Origin: Lingula anatina
Taxonomy: Eukaryota > Animalia > Brachiopoda
Reading direction: 5' to 3'
Assembly (NCBI GenBank): GCA_051362555.1
Contig: CM120645.1
Location: 16,926,001 to 16,990,000, forward strand
Length of the DNA: 64,000 nucleotides
The notes beneath the pieces were generated by a model, which worked only from the letters and a program-made list of their open reading frames with translations, was not told the origin of the DNA and did no database searches. Positions 1 to 11,533 of the stretch are shown piece after piece. Positions within the stretch are counted from its first letter, which is position 1; each line of letters opens with the position of its first letter. Both the position numbers and the translations under genes were made by a program.

Positions 1-3000
1 CTGGGACATCCCAGGCTTGGAACAACTCTTGTTCATACTAAGACTCTTTTTCTGGATCTCTCCAGGTTTTAATAGGGCCAACTTGGTCTTGATGGTTGGA
101 GCTTTCAGGCCAGAGCGTTGGGATGAGTTGGAACAGTTGGAAATGTTGGAGCAAACGCTGGAGGCAGAGGAATCGCTGTCATGTCTCTCACGCTGGGAGT
201 ACGTTGGGGTAGGTTTTTGTAATTTGGACTGAAAATATAACAACCTAATAAGTAATATACTGAACAAGGCAGCAAAGCTGTCAAATGTACAGACAAAAAA
301 ACAGAAAATAAAGATGCAAAAAAAGGTCATTTTGTCAATTTTGATGCAATAATAAATAATGCTTATAATAGCACTGTCAGTCAACACTGAATTTTAATCA
401 TGCACAACAGGTAACATGGTCAATAACAGGAGTGGACCCGGAGATATTTTCTGACAGTATTCCAAAGTATCTATGTTGATCCATCCTCCATTTTGATGGT
501 CTTCCAACAGAAAAAAATAGATACCAGTCAATATAAACTTAATAACCTGTCTTCAAGAAGACCCAGAAGATGGTCTCAATCCACCCCTTCAATAAGATTA
601 CAGTTTCAGGACCATGAGAGACTATAGTCACATGATGAAAGTCTCAATATTTGAAAAATGATGACAGTGCATAAAATAATTTTATATAATGTTTAAAGAC
701 ATAAAAAACAATACAATTGCTTATGTGGAAATACAGAAAATGTGCAGAGCCTCGAACGGATGAGAGTTAAAAGTCACAAATGCATGTGTTTGAGAAAAGA
801 TTGTAAAGGAAAACATAACAAAACGAGAAAACCACCGAGTGTGCAGACCTCTGCCAAGGCAGCAATTGTTGATTATTGTTGATTATTGATTGATTATTGA
901 GCCAGACCACCACTAAAAACTAATCATTGTCCTCTTTGGCCCAATTCTGACAGTTCCTGAAAATTTCAGCAAAATCGGTCCATAACTTTTTGAGTTATGT
1001 TGATGACAGACAAACAAGGGTGAAAATATAACCTCCTAGGCAGAGCCTGAGGTAAATATAATTTCAATAAAGCTGCTATTCAAACTTTTAATCTTTGATT
1101 ATATATATATATAATAACCTGCATAATTATCACTGCTTCCTTATTATTAATCTAGCAGAGAGCTTAACTTTTGGGAGTTTACAAGGAAATATCAACAAGT
1201 GTGCTTTATGTAATCTTCAATGGCCTATCAATTAGGCAAATGACTTTATAACTCAGAAATTAGCTAAGTGATACCCAAGGGATATTAACAGACTGACCCT
1301 CTCAAAGGTCTTTCAGGCCCATAAGTCACATCTTCAGAAAAGCACAAAACAATAATGCACAAAATAGGAGACTACCAATTCTGATGCAATAATACATTAT
1401 GTTTTACTGCACAGTCAACATCAAATTTTAATTATGCACAACAGGTAACAACGACGAAAGTAAAATCATAAGGCTTCAGGCCCATCAGAGTTCAAGTTTA
1501 TACTTAGAAAGTGCCAGAATGAGAAAAATGAAAATTTCACACAAAATTGCATAAATTCAATAATAAATGATAACCCAATTGACCTGGCTTTCTAATTTGA
1601 ACTGCATGCCAATCCTAAAAATCATACTTGTAAGTTAAAAATAATAATAAGTAACACAGTTTTCTTTTCATAATGTTTGCAGTAGCAATGCAAAAATATT
1701 GTTGTCAATTTTGATGTAACATTACATAATAAATTATAGAATAATTATCACCAATCTTTGATTATTGACAATAAATAGCATGGACATGTAGAAAACTTGA
1801 TTACCATTCGGCTTCATGTCCATGGGAGCTCTGAGTCCCACAATGAATATGCCAAAAAGATAATGAATATTTCACTCAAATGTATAACTTCCAGAAAAAG
1901 AAGCCAATTAGACTGCTTTTCCAACTCATTCTGTGTTTCTTTTTTAAAGGTTTGACAGTCATAACACTGTTTTCCCATAATGCTCATCATAGCAGCAGCA
2001 CCAAAAATTGTTTTCTTCTATTTTGATGCAATATTACATAATGCTTAACAGCATAATGACCATCAATTTTTAATAATAGAATATTAGTAACATGGACATT
2101 CAGAAAACGTGACAAGCAAAGGTCTTCAGGATCATGGAACTTCAAAGTCACACCTTGAAAATGCCAATAAGTGAAAAATTAAATTTTCACAAAAAACTGT
2201 TTAACTGCCAGAAAAAATTACCAAACAAACTGCATTGCCAACTGAAGCTGTATTTTAGACACGTTTCTTTCCTGTAAGTTTGAGAACAGTAAGTGACATG
2301 GTTTTTCTTAAATGGTCATCATGGGAGCAGTGCCCAAAATAGGGGTTTCTTCAAATTTTGATGCAATATTACATAATGTTTAACAGCATAATGACCATCA
2401 ATTTTTAATAATGGAATATTAGTCACATGAACATTCAGAAAACGTGACTAGCAAAGGTCTGCAGGCTCATGGAACTTCAAAGTCACACCTTGAAAATGCC
2501 AATATGTGAAAAATTAAATTTTCACAAAAAACTGTTTAACTGCCAGAAAAAATTACCAAACAGACTGCATTGCCTACTGAAGCTGTATTTTAGCCCCATG
2601 TTTCTTTCCTGTAAGTTTGAAAACAGTAAGTGACATGGTTTTTCTTAAATGGTCATCATGGGAGCAGTGCCCAAAATAGGGGTTTCTTCAAATTTTGATG
2701 CAATATTACATAATGTTTAACAGCATAATGACCATCAAATTTTAATAATAGAATATTAGTAACATGAACATTCAGAAAACGTGACTAGCAAAGGTCTGCA
2801 GGCTCATGGAATTTCAAAGTCACACCTTGAAAATGCCAATATGTGAAAAATTAAATTTTCACAAAAAACTGTTTAACTGCCAGAAAAAATTACCAAACAG
2901 ACTGCATTGCCTACTGAAGCTGTATTTTAGCCCTATGTTTCTTTCCTGTAAGTTTGAAAACAGTAAGTGACATGGTTTTTCTTAAATGGTCATCATGGGA

Positions 3001-6000
3001 GCAGTGCCCAAAATAGGGGTTTCGTCAAATTTTGATGCAATATTACATAATGTTTAACAGCATAATGACCATCAATTTTTAATCATAAAATATTAGTATC
3101 ATGGATATTCAGAAAATGTGATTAGCAAAGGTCTGCAGGCTCATGAAACTTCAAAGTCACATCTTAAAAATGCCAAAATGTAAACAAGACAGCACTGTTC
3201 TGAAATGGGTTTATTTCCATTTTTAACATTTTTTTAACATAAAACAAAATAAACAGTTTGTTGCCATTTTTATATGACCAACTAAGAAAATTGATGAGAT
3301 GGGAAAAATATCAATAGAACAGTGTTTAATGTCCAATTTCCTCCATTCTGAGATTCTGAACATGGATGATTGAATCGGACAAACTGCAATGATGCGTTTA
3401 TTACCATTTTTGACACTTTATTACACAATACACGATAACAAGTTTACCACCATTTTTACACAATCAATTAACAATATTGTAAAGATGCAGGAAATATCAA
3501 ACAAACACTTTTACGTACCTTATTAGTTAAATAATGAGACTGTTAACATGCCTAAGAATTGAATCTGAGGAAATGTGAAAAAACAGCATAACTTCTAAAA
3601 TAAAGGCCCGATCATGCTGATTTTCGAACTTGACCTGCGTATTATGAATATCCATCAGTTCTGTTAGTTTCAAGCCAAAAGGTAAAATGTTATTTCACTT
3701 ATCGTGTTATCGGGGTTGCATATATGCTGAGAAAAGTGAAAAAACAGCGTAACTTCCCTAAAAATGACCCGATCATGCTGATTTTCGAACTTGACCTGCG
3801 GATTATGAATATTCATCAGTTTTGTAAGTTTCAAGCTAAAAAGTAAAATGGTTTTCCACTTATCGTGTTATCGGTGCTGCATATATGCTGAAAAAAGTGA
3901 AAAAACAGCTTAACTTCCCTAAAAATGGCCCGATCATGCTGATTTTCGAACTTGACCTGCGTATTAGGAATATTCACCAGTTCTGTAAGTTTCAAGCCAT
4001 AAGCAAAAACGGTGTTCCACTTATCGTGTTATCGGTAAAAGTGCACGACGGCGACGACGGCGCCGACGGCGACGACAGACGCAGATGATGGCTATATGTA
4101 CAGACACATCTGTGTCTGTACATAACAAAAAATCATGATGTGCATTTCTAAATATTATAAAGCTTATAAACGTTAAATAGGATTTTTTTGAAAGAGCAGT
4201 TATGTATGCTACAGCATGTACATTATGCAAGACTGTAATCTCTAACCCTAAACATCAAGAATCAACACTGATGATATATGTTCAAATGAATTTGAGAAAA
4301 TTTATCTAATTTTCTTTGTTCAGTGTGCATTAAAGAGATGACAAACATTCTAATTGCAAACACAATTTCAAATTGGACTCCCATGTTCAACAATCAATAC
4401 AAATAGACCTGAACATTATTCATATTACAACAAACAGAACATCAACATCCACAATTATATGGCTAAAAATGGTTAAGCTGTTCTGACATTTAGAAATATC
4501 ACTTAAAACATGTTCCAATTTAAATTACCTTCATCTGTGGTAATTTTCTCTTTGTCAGCCTGCTACCTATTACACTATCAGAACACTCTGTTGCTGCACC
4601 ATTTGATGTGGCTGCTATGCCATCTCCATTTACTGCTGTAGTCTCTCTTGTTGTCAGACTCTGCAGGAACAAAATATCATATATATGGGGTATTAGTTGT
4701 TGACAAATCAGACATTATAAGGAAATCAAACAGAATCAATTGATATTTTAATCCAAGTGTAAATCTGTCATTAATGAAAAATGCTTATTTGCAAGGGCTT
4801 TGTTCATGCTTTTTAAAGTATTGGAAAAGCAGTTTTTTTTTTTTGAGGTTTTAAAAATTAAACAGGTTTATGTCAAAATGTTTGTTTTTAAGCCACAAGA
4901 TAGTTATCCAGCCATAGGTTGCACATTTCACTTTTATTTTCAACTCTTTCAAACTGCATGCAAACTCAGGATTAGAGAAAAGATTGTGGAGATTTCATAT
5001 ACCTGGTTCAATTTTTCCCTAGCTCTGAGAGCTCTGGCTGCAACTCCATCCTGTATCTGTGTAGTGCCCCCTGTCGCTTCTTTTATCTCAACACCATTCT
5101 TGTCTATCACAGGCAAATTTTCCCTTTTGCTCTGGGGCAGCATATGCAAAGGGCTGCTGTTGACAGTGAATGTCCCCTGCCTCCGAAGAGGACTGCCCGG
5201 GCTTTTCACTGCCTCACTTTGTCTAACTTTCAATACTGAGTCTAACTGATCTATTAGGGACGGTGTCTTTGTTGCAGCTGGTGAGGCTTTGTTTCCAGCT
5301 ATTTTCTGTTCCTTCTTGCTGTGCATATCGATGGCACAGGCCACCGTGTTTGCCTCTTTGAACAGTGCCACCATTTGGTCTGGGCGTAGAGGGCTGAGAG
5401 GTTTGATGGCTGCACTTTCAGAGCTAGTCACCGTGACAGATGCTATGGTCTCCTTGAAGCCAACAGGACCAAAGAAAACTTCATCTTCATCATCCAGTTC
5501 CTCAACCTGCTCTTTCTCAGGACTGCAAATTCAAGTTAACAATCATAAAGGGTCGTGTCAAATAAAGATTTAAGGAAAACTGAGAGAAAAGAGAGAGATT
5601 ATTACATTGTGAGTAAATTCAAATGCCAATCCATCTAAAATATATTCATTATACATCTAAAAGACAAATCAACATGAAACTATGATTTTAATACTAGTAA
5701 ATTACTTTTTAGTTTTAATCATGGACAAAAAATGGTCATTTCTTGATAATGTGCTGTAGGTAAGACATGAGCTATTCATATACCTGGTAGAAGGAGACAC
5801 TGGCAGGTCAAAATCAAATTCTTCATGGTCAAGGAGCTTAATGTCTGTAAATACAACCTTTACTGTAAACCAAAGCCAGGCTTATTTTTGTATCATAATT
5901 TATAATCTTTGTTATGCTAAAAGTATGTAAATTGCACAGAGTGATAAAAAATAAATAAAACTGAAGATCAATCATGGTGACTTACTATGATGTCCCTTTA

Positions 6001-7041
6001 AAAATCTTATTAGAATGGAATGGAATGGAGGTAAGTGGTTCCCTGGCTATTCAGAGCCATTGTACAGGGATCAAAAACTTACCCTCTTTCAACAGATCTT
6101 CCATCTGCATCTTTTGTGGGCCTTCTTTTTCACTGCTCCGACTTGACTCAATGTTTTCACAATTTTCTATATTCATCAGTTGTAAAGCTAAAGGTAACAG
6201 TGAGAAGTGATAATCTGGACAGCAATCAGAGTATCTTCATCATTTCATCATTTCTTTTTTTTACTATCCTCTCCAAAATACTTCACATTCAGGTGGTGCA
6301 TTTGACTTGGACAAAAACCACTGCTTAATTGTTGATTAAGAACTTAATTATTCTTCCAAGATTGTTACAGAGTTAAGTGCAGTAAGTTTCAGGAATAGAG
6401 GATCAAAAGTTGGTTAGATGCAGAAAATGTTAACCCCTGGAAAATGTCTTTTTTTTCTGTAAAGTGTTAAAAGATATTTTCTATCTTGAATATTGATACT
6501 TACCTTCTGCTTGTGTATTTTTCTGACTTTCCGATTGAAAACTGTTTTCACTTTCTGTTGTACTGGCCTTCTTTCCTTCTGTTTTTTCTGGGCTTTCTGG
6601 GCTTTCGGTTGCAGATGAGAGGTCAACTAGCAATGCCACTGGGCAATTACTGGAACCTATAACAAAACAACAGCTTAGGATTTCTCAGCTTTACTTTCAA
6701 GTCTCATTTTTAAATCAAAAATTCTAATGGTCTCTTGTAATGATTCTTTTGTAAGGAATAAAATCATTGTAAAATGTCTTGCACAGCATCTCAGCAAAAA
6801 ATGTCACATGATCCTGGACTAATTTTGAAAAATATATTAAATTAAGAACTAGAGTATAAGAGAGGTTGTAATATCTACTAGGCTTGTACAACCAGCTGGG
6901 TGAACCACATTAAAAGGGTAACAACACACAGAAAACATAGCTACAGAGATACTGAAAGTGAACAATGCCAAGTTTTAATAAATAACCACACACACACACA
7001 CACACATACAAACCTTCCTGTAAGTTTGTAGTAGTGTCCAT
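1..7041 (-). CDS. GTSE1: GTSE1/PSRC1(DDA3)-family microtubule-associated protein, 3'-partial. Coding exons 7041-7014, 6656-6504, 6187-6083, 5844-5784, 5522-5003, 4660-4529, 228-<1; probable 5'UTR exon ending at 8046
   Basis: GT-AG exons join in consistent phase and give DIKLLDHEEFDFDLPVSPSTSPEKEQVEELDDEDEVFFGPVGFKETIA...LSPLRPDQMVALFKEANTVA. This matches the GTSE1 N-terminal motif (DEKFDFDLSLS..EDDEVFFGPFGHKE..SPL..KEAH). The downstream part is Ser/Pro/Lys-rich. The start ATG at 7041 is inferred from phase. Confidence 0.75.
330..3180. repeat. ~337-bp tandem repeat (satellite-like) in a GTSE1 intron; about 3.5 near-identical units at ~2000-3180 with degenerate units further left
   Basis: The anchor ttttgatgcaatattacataatg recurs at 2021, 2356, 2693 and 3030 (spacing 335-337). 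Diverged versions occur at ~339, ~1379 and ~1709. Confidence 0.9.
820..1055 (+). mobile_element. Non-autonomous Helentron/HINE (Pearl-like) element
   Basis: Subterminal motif acctctgccaagg (~847), core gaaaatttcagcaaaatcggtccataactttttgagttat, short acagacaaac tract, and 3' aaaatataacctcctaggcagag. A related degenerate copy lies in reverse orientation at ~25110-25503. Confidence 0.55.
3183..4128 (+). mobile_element. Helentron/HINE-like element with an internal 161-bp tandem array, a GACG/GGC microsatellite and a terminal hairpin
   Basis: gatcatgctgattttcgaacttgacctgcg at 3610, 3771 and 3932 (period 161). gacggcgac tract at ~4045-4083. Perfect 14-bp stem tatgtacagacaca-tc-tgtgtctgtacata at 4095-4124. 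The left boundary (aacaag at 3183) is tentative. Confidence 0.65.
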
Positions 7042-8045
7042 GATTGTTTGAACTTTGGCTCAAGGTAAGACACATCAAAGTGAGTTGTTGTTAAGCAAGA
7101 CACAGGTGCAACATCAATCTCAGGCCAGTGCTTGGAGTCATGAAAGCCTTGAAAACAATTTGGTTCTGTTATAAATATAAACACCAAATAAATGTGCTAA
7201 TGCATTATTTTTTGTGTAATATTTAGGGCCCTACTCTGAAACTTACTGTGGGCACATCAAAGAGTTAATCCTTCCTGACCAGTGACCACTGTGGCATCTC
7301 ATTTAAAAACCTGTGCAAACATCTCTCTTTGCCTAATTTTTTACTTTGTGAAAGCATAGAACATTTGTGATCTTATGAAAAAAACATGAAAATTTATCAA
7401 GGTGAAGTATGTCTTTAAGGTGGCACAAAAGCGCTCAGTGGTCACAGCTTTCTGGCTAAAACGGGAGGACACATTTGCTCTAATATCGCTATTTAAAAAA
7501 CAGTGATATTTCCTTTAATTTTAGAGATATTTAATATTATATCAAAATTCCAAAAGTATAAGATTATGGATAAAAAGACCTTTCAGAAGATATAACTTGT
7601 GTTTATATCTGGCACACTGAATTTTTTTTCGGATATACCTGACTAAAAGTCGGAATAAAAAAAATAATAAATAAATAATAACTTAAGACTCCCCTCTTGT
7701 GTCTCGTACTAGTACATAAGAAATGGCAAGATTTCACTAAGGTAAGACTCAAGCGATTTCCTACATATATGTTTGATATGAGGTTTTGTTGGCTTTTGGG
7801 AGCAAAGTAGGACCTTTAGCTGAGGAACGGCTTTAATCGATGATAATGAATAAAAACTGTAGACCTCTGTGGAAAAAATAATTTAGTTGCCAAAATTGTC
7901 CACCTTGCGTTAGTCTAAAATAAAACGTATTTGCACTTCAAAGAGGTAAGACAAAACAGAAAATAAACCTTATGGAACAAAATTAAGTTTTATTTTAAAT
8001 ATTTTTTATGACATACAGTTGTCGATCACAAAAATTATTTCCTAC

Positions 8046-8325
8046 CTGAAGTTATTCCACATTTGTTTTCACCTCCTTGAGATTTAAAATACCACGTGAC
8101 TAAAATCTCTTCTGTGATTGGTAAATAGCGCAACACTGTTAGGTACTTCAAATTTTACGACACGTATTTGTAAATATAGAATCTAAATTTGGTTTAATTG
8201 TAAGTTTTAGCAAAAATTGTCTTCCTGTCAGTTTTCTTTTTAAATTTAATTTATCAAAATTTTTGAAATCAAAGGGAAATGTCCTCTTTTTCAATCATTA
8301 CAGCTATCGCAAATAAGCACTGAAC
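8046..8325. promoter_or_regulatory. Bidirectional promoter between the GTSE1-like gene (-) and MANBAL (+)
   Basis: Divergent gene starts about 280 bp apart. CCAAT box (attgg 8117-8121), CACGTG 8093-8098 and CHR-like TTTAAA 8083-8088. Confidence 0.55.
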
Positions 8326-9493
8326 ATGGAGGACTCTAGTGGCAGTGGTGTCTTGGACTCGTTTATTCACTTCGCTCTACTTGCGGGTGCCGTTTTTCAG
8401 TTGGCTTGCATATTTGCGGTTGTGATATTCCCAAAGAGAAAAGATGAAATGGTAATTGTTGTATTTAACATAGGTGTAGGTAACGATAAGTCGATATCAA
8501 TTTCATGATATTCACTTAGTACTTACTGGTAGTCTAGCTACTGCCTAGCTTCTTCAAGTTCTTGTTATTTATAATTTGCCACTATTGCTCCAAGATTTTT
8601 ACTCAAACCCAGATTCTATTGATAATACATTCTTCGGTACCATGCCCACAGAAATTTGGATCGATCTACTAGTATCTCCCTGGGGAGTCTTACTAAATTG
8701 CTATCAACTTAACCAGCTTAAATGTTTGTCACGCCTAGTAAAGCTGTTAGGCGGTAATTATCTTTACCCCCTAGCTGATTCGGTAGGCTTGACAGACATT
8801 TAAGCTGGTAAGTTGATAGCAATTTAGTGTGACTCCCCAGGGAGTTATACCCATGACCCGTGCCTTCATGTAAAATATACAGCTGACCCGTGCAGTCTGC
8901 TATATATTATGCTCTGGTCCTTCGCTCTAGGCCAGTGGCATTAAAATTTTGTTTGTACCAGTAGATATTTCAGAACATGTGAATTTAGTGATCTGGACTG
9001 GCCATTATGCCAACTGGCACTAGATTTTTTTCTATACTTTAATAAGTTTACAAGAGAGCTTTTGATTTGATTTAATTTATTTCTGGAATGAAGCTGTTAT
9101 ATCATAATTTTAAAAACCTGCAAATCTTGTTATTACTAGTAGTAACTAATAGGGGTAATTGTCCAGTCTTATTGACAATTTAAGTGAACTAGTGAATCCT
9201 GATTTATACCTATAGATTTTTGAAAAGTGGTGGTCCAAATGCCAGTAAGCTGAAATGTTTATGGCAAAGACTGACCATGTCTGTGATTTCTGTGAATTAC
9301 CATAGGATTTGGCAGAAATTTACATACAAGTAAAAGATTGCATCAAATTTCAGTGAAATTATTTTAGAACTTCATATTTCAGGAAGAGATAGAAGAAGAT
9401 AGTGCCCTTGATGCAAATGAACCACTGAGACAAGAAACAAGTAATTCAGGAACTAAAAAATTGAAGGCAGACACAAAAAAGAAAAAAAGATGA
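8326..9493 (+). CDS. MANBAL: MANBAL / UPF0239 small single-pass membrane protein, 78 aa; exons 8326-8451 and 9383-9493
   Basis: MEDSSGSGVLDSFIHFALLAGAVFQLACIFAVVIFPKRKDEM|EEIEED...KKLKADTKKKKR*. This matches the MANBAL pattern (YGLFLGAIFQLICVLAII ... KKETKKKR). Phase-0 GT-AG intron. Confidence 0.9.
8636..8858. mobile_element. Foldback MITE related to the copies at 17069 and 28767
   Basis: Long internal inverted repeat: cctggggagtc..actaaattgctatcaactta..ccagcttaaatgt versus acatttaagctggtaagttgatagcaatttagt..gactccccagg. Shares gatcgatct and aattgc motifs with the other two copies. Confidence 0.65.
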
Positions 9494-11533
9494 TATCTTC
9501 AAACACAGTTATAGGAATGTATGTACCAGTTATTTACTAGTTATTGTTTTACAGCACTACAAAACCACCAGGGGGTAATTGCTTTCCCCCTCCCCCAGCA
9601 CACACAAAACCACCCCACCACTGTGTAACATCTTTTCCACCTGTAAAATATTTTCCCTACATTTAATCCGACCAACATTTTTTTCCCCATTTAACTTTTT
9701 ACTATCTCCTTAAAGATCATTATTACTTTATGTTTGGGCCACATGGTACTCTCCCAAAACAAGAATGAACTTACCCCCAAAAAATTGTGAAATTTTTCAT
9801 GTGTAAATGCACACACATAACATTTAAATGTAATAAATGAAGTATCTTTACATATTGTATGAAACATTTCCAAAATTGAATTTAAATATCAATTTTATTT
9901 ATTTTTTCCTACTTATAATTTTAATTATCTTAAAAGATTTGTGGTAATTTTACTGAAATATATTCTTGTCAGAATCATCTTAAATTATCTTGTTTTCCAC
10001 CAAAGTAGCATGAAAAGAGTTTGCTTTAGCACAGGCACATTAAGTAGCAAGTATATGAGCATCACTAGTCTCATTGTGGACTGTGGATTTTGCTTTGTAA
10101 TCTGTAAATCCTTCCATAGATATATATCTGACAAATTAACTTTGAAAGTTGAGCAAAAGTCTGTTGAAAACTTCAAATTGACACACGTATTGGGAGGAAT
10201 AAACTATTTATCTATGTACAGTAAAATGATGTATTCTTTAAAGTAACATTTTCCATACAAAAAAGGAATTTGGGATAAGGGAGAGTGGATTACATGAAGT
10301 ACTTAACTGATTGCATCAATATTGACATTGCTGCTATGTCCGTTCATTTGACACTTTTGCTGCCTTGTTTGTTATTTATTTTTATTTGGACAACCATCTA
10401 CAGCACACAATCTGATCAACAACAGAAAGGTTAATTTTTTAACACAAGACAGTAACACAGCATTGACAAATAGAAGGAGGAGACTAGCAAGGTTTTTCTT
10501 TCCACAGTGTTATTCTCAATAAGCCCCTTACCAATTTCTAGTGTAGGGGAGTGAGTACCTTAATAGCTCTCAGAAATCTGCATCACTAGCAAGATTTTGA
10601 GAAACTGTTTTACAGAAATCCTCACACTACTGGACTGCTTTGAATCGTGGCTCAGTTTGGTATCTATCCAGATTAATGGCTGAAGTGTGAACATTAAGTA
10701 GGAATCAGGGTGTTTTTTAAAGAAATTGATATTTTTGAAAAGATTATTTTCAGATGAATATCAAGTAAAATGTATTGTACAGCATATCTACATGTATATT
10801 GTATTGCTTCCCTAAGATAGAGTGGAGCTTTAAATTCCTGTTTTTTTGTCTTTTACAGAAAAAGTTTGTATGTGTGTATGGCAATATGGACCAGCAGTTA
10901 ACCACTGAAACGAACAAAAAGCCGGTGTCCTGTGAATAGAGCATCATCTATGGGAACATTTCTGTGGAGAGGCAATACATTTTATACCACCTGCTGTCTT
11001 TCTTGCTTCCATGCCCAAACTTGTTGGGTCTTATTATTATATTATAGAGAATCTAAACTTTATAAAGACAATAGAGAGAGAGAGAAAGAAAGAGGACAAA
11101 GGGCAGAGCCAGAGCTTATTGTACCTGTGCAGCTTTAGAAAAATGAGGTCGAGAGAAATTCTTCAACTGAAGTGCATACATTCAACTTCAACTGACTTGT
11201 TTCTTCAAATTTATCTTTTCAAACTCTTTTATGAATTTTAACATGTTTAAAAATTCCTTTTTCTGCTTTTATAATTAATAATTTTATAGCCATTAAAAAA
11301 ACATAAGTCATATTATGTATATATTTATTAATAAAGCTGTTTACATAGTACAAAAATGTTTTATTAATATGTTTGCATGATTTTTAGTGGCAAATGTATC
11401 TTGTAAGAATGCCGAAAAGGCAATCTGCAAAAATAGGAAAAAAAAATAACTGGGTCTTGTTTTCATGGGTTGTGATTTCAACGTCAGTTTTGTTTTATTA
11501 TTTGCAATATTTTTGTGAGGTTTCTGTTATTCA

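Noticed and set aside
3570-4040. Regularly spaced repeats resembling a CRISPR array
   Set aside because: The whole 161-bp unit repeats with no unique spacers, the context is eukaryotic, and there are no cas genes.
4800-5573. Plus-strand ORFs of 149 and 94 aa
   Set aside because: They are antisense shadows of the GTSE1-like exon.
6975-7187. ORF DSKHWPEIDVAPVSC..QTYRK as the GTSE1 N-terminus
   Set aside because: Its phase-0 join to the next exon hits TAG after 9 codons. Only the ATG at 7041 (phase 1) reads through.
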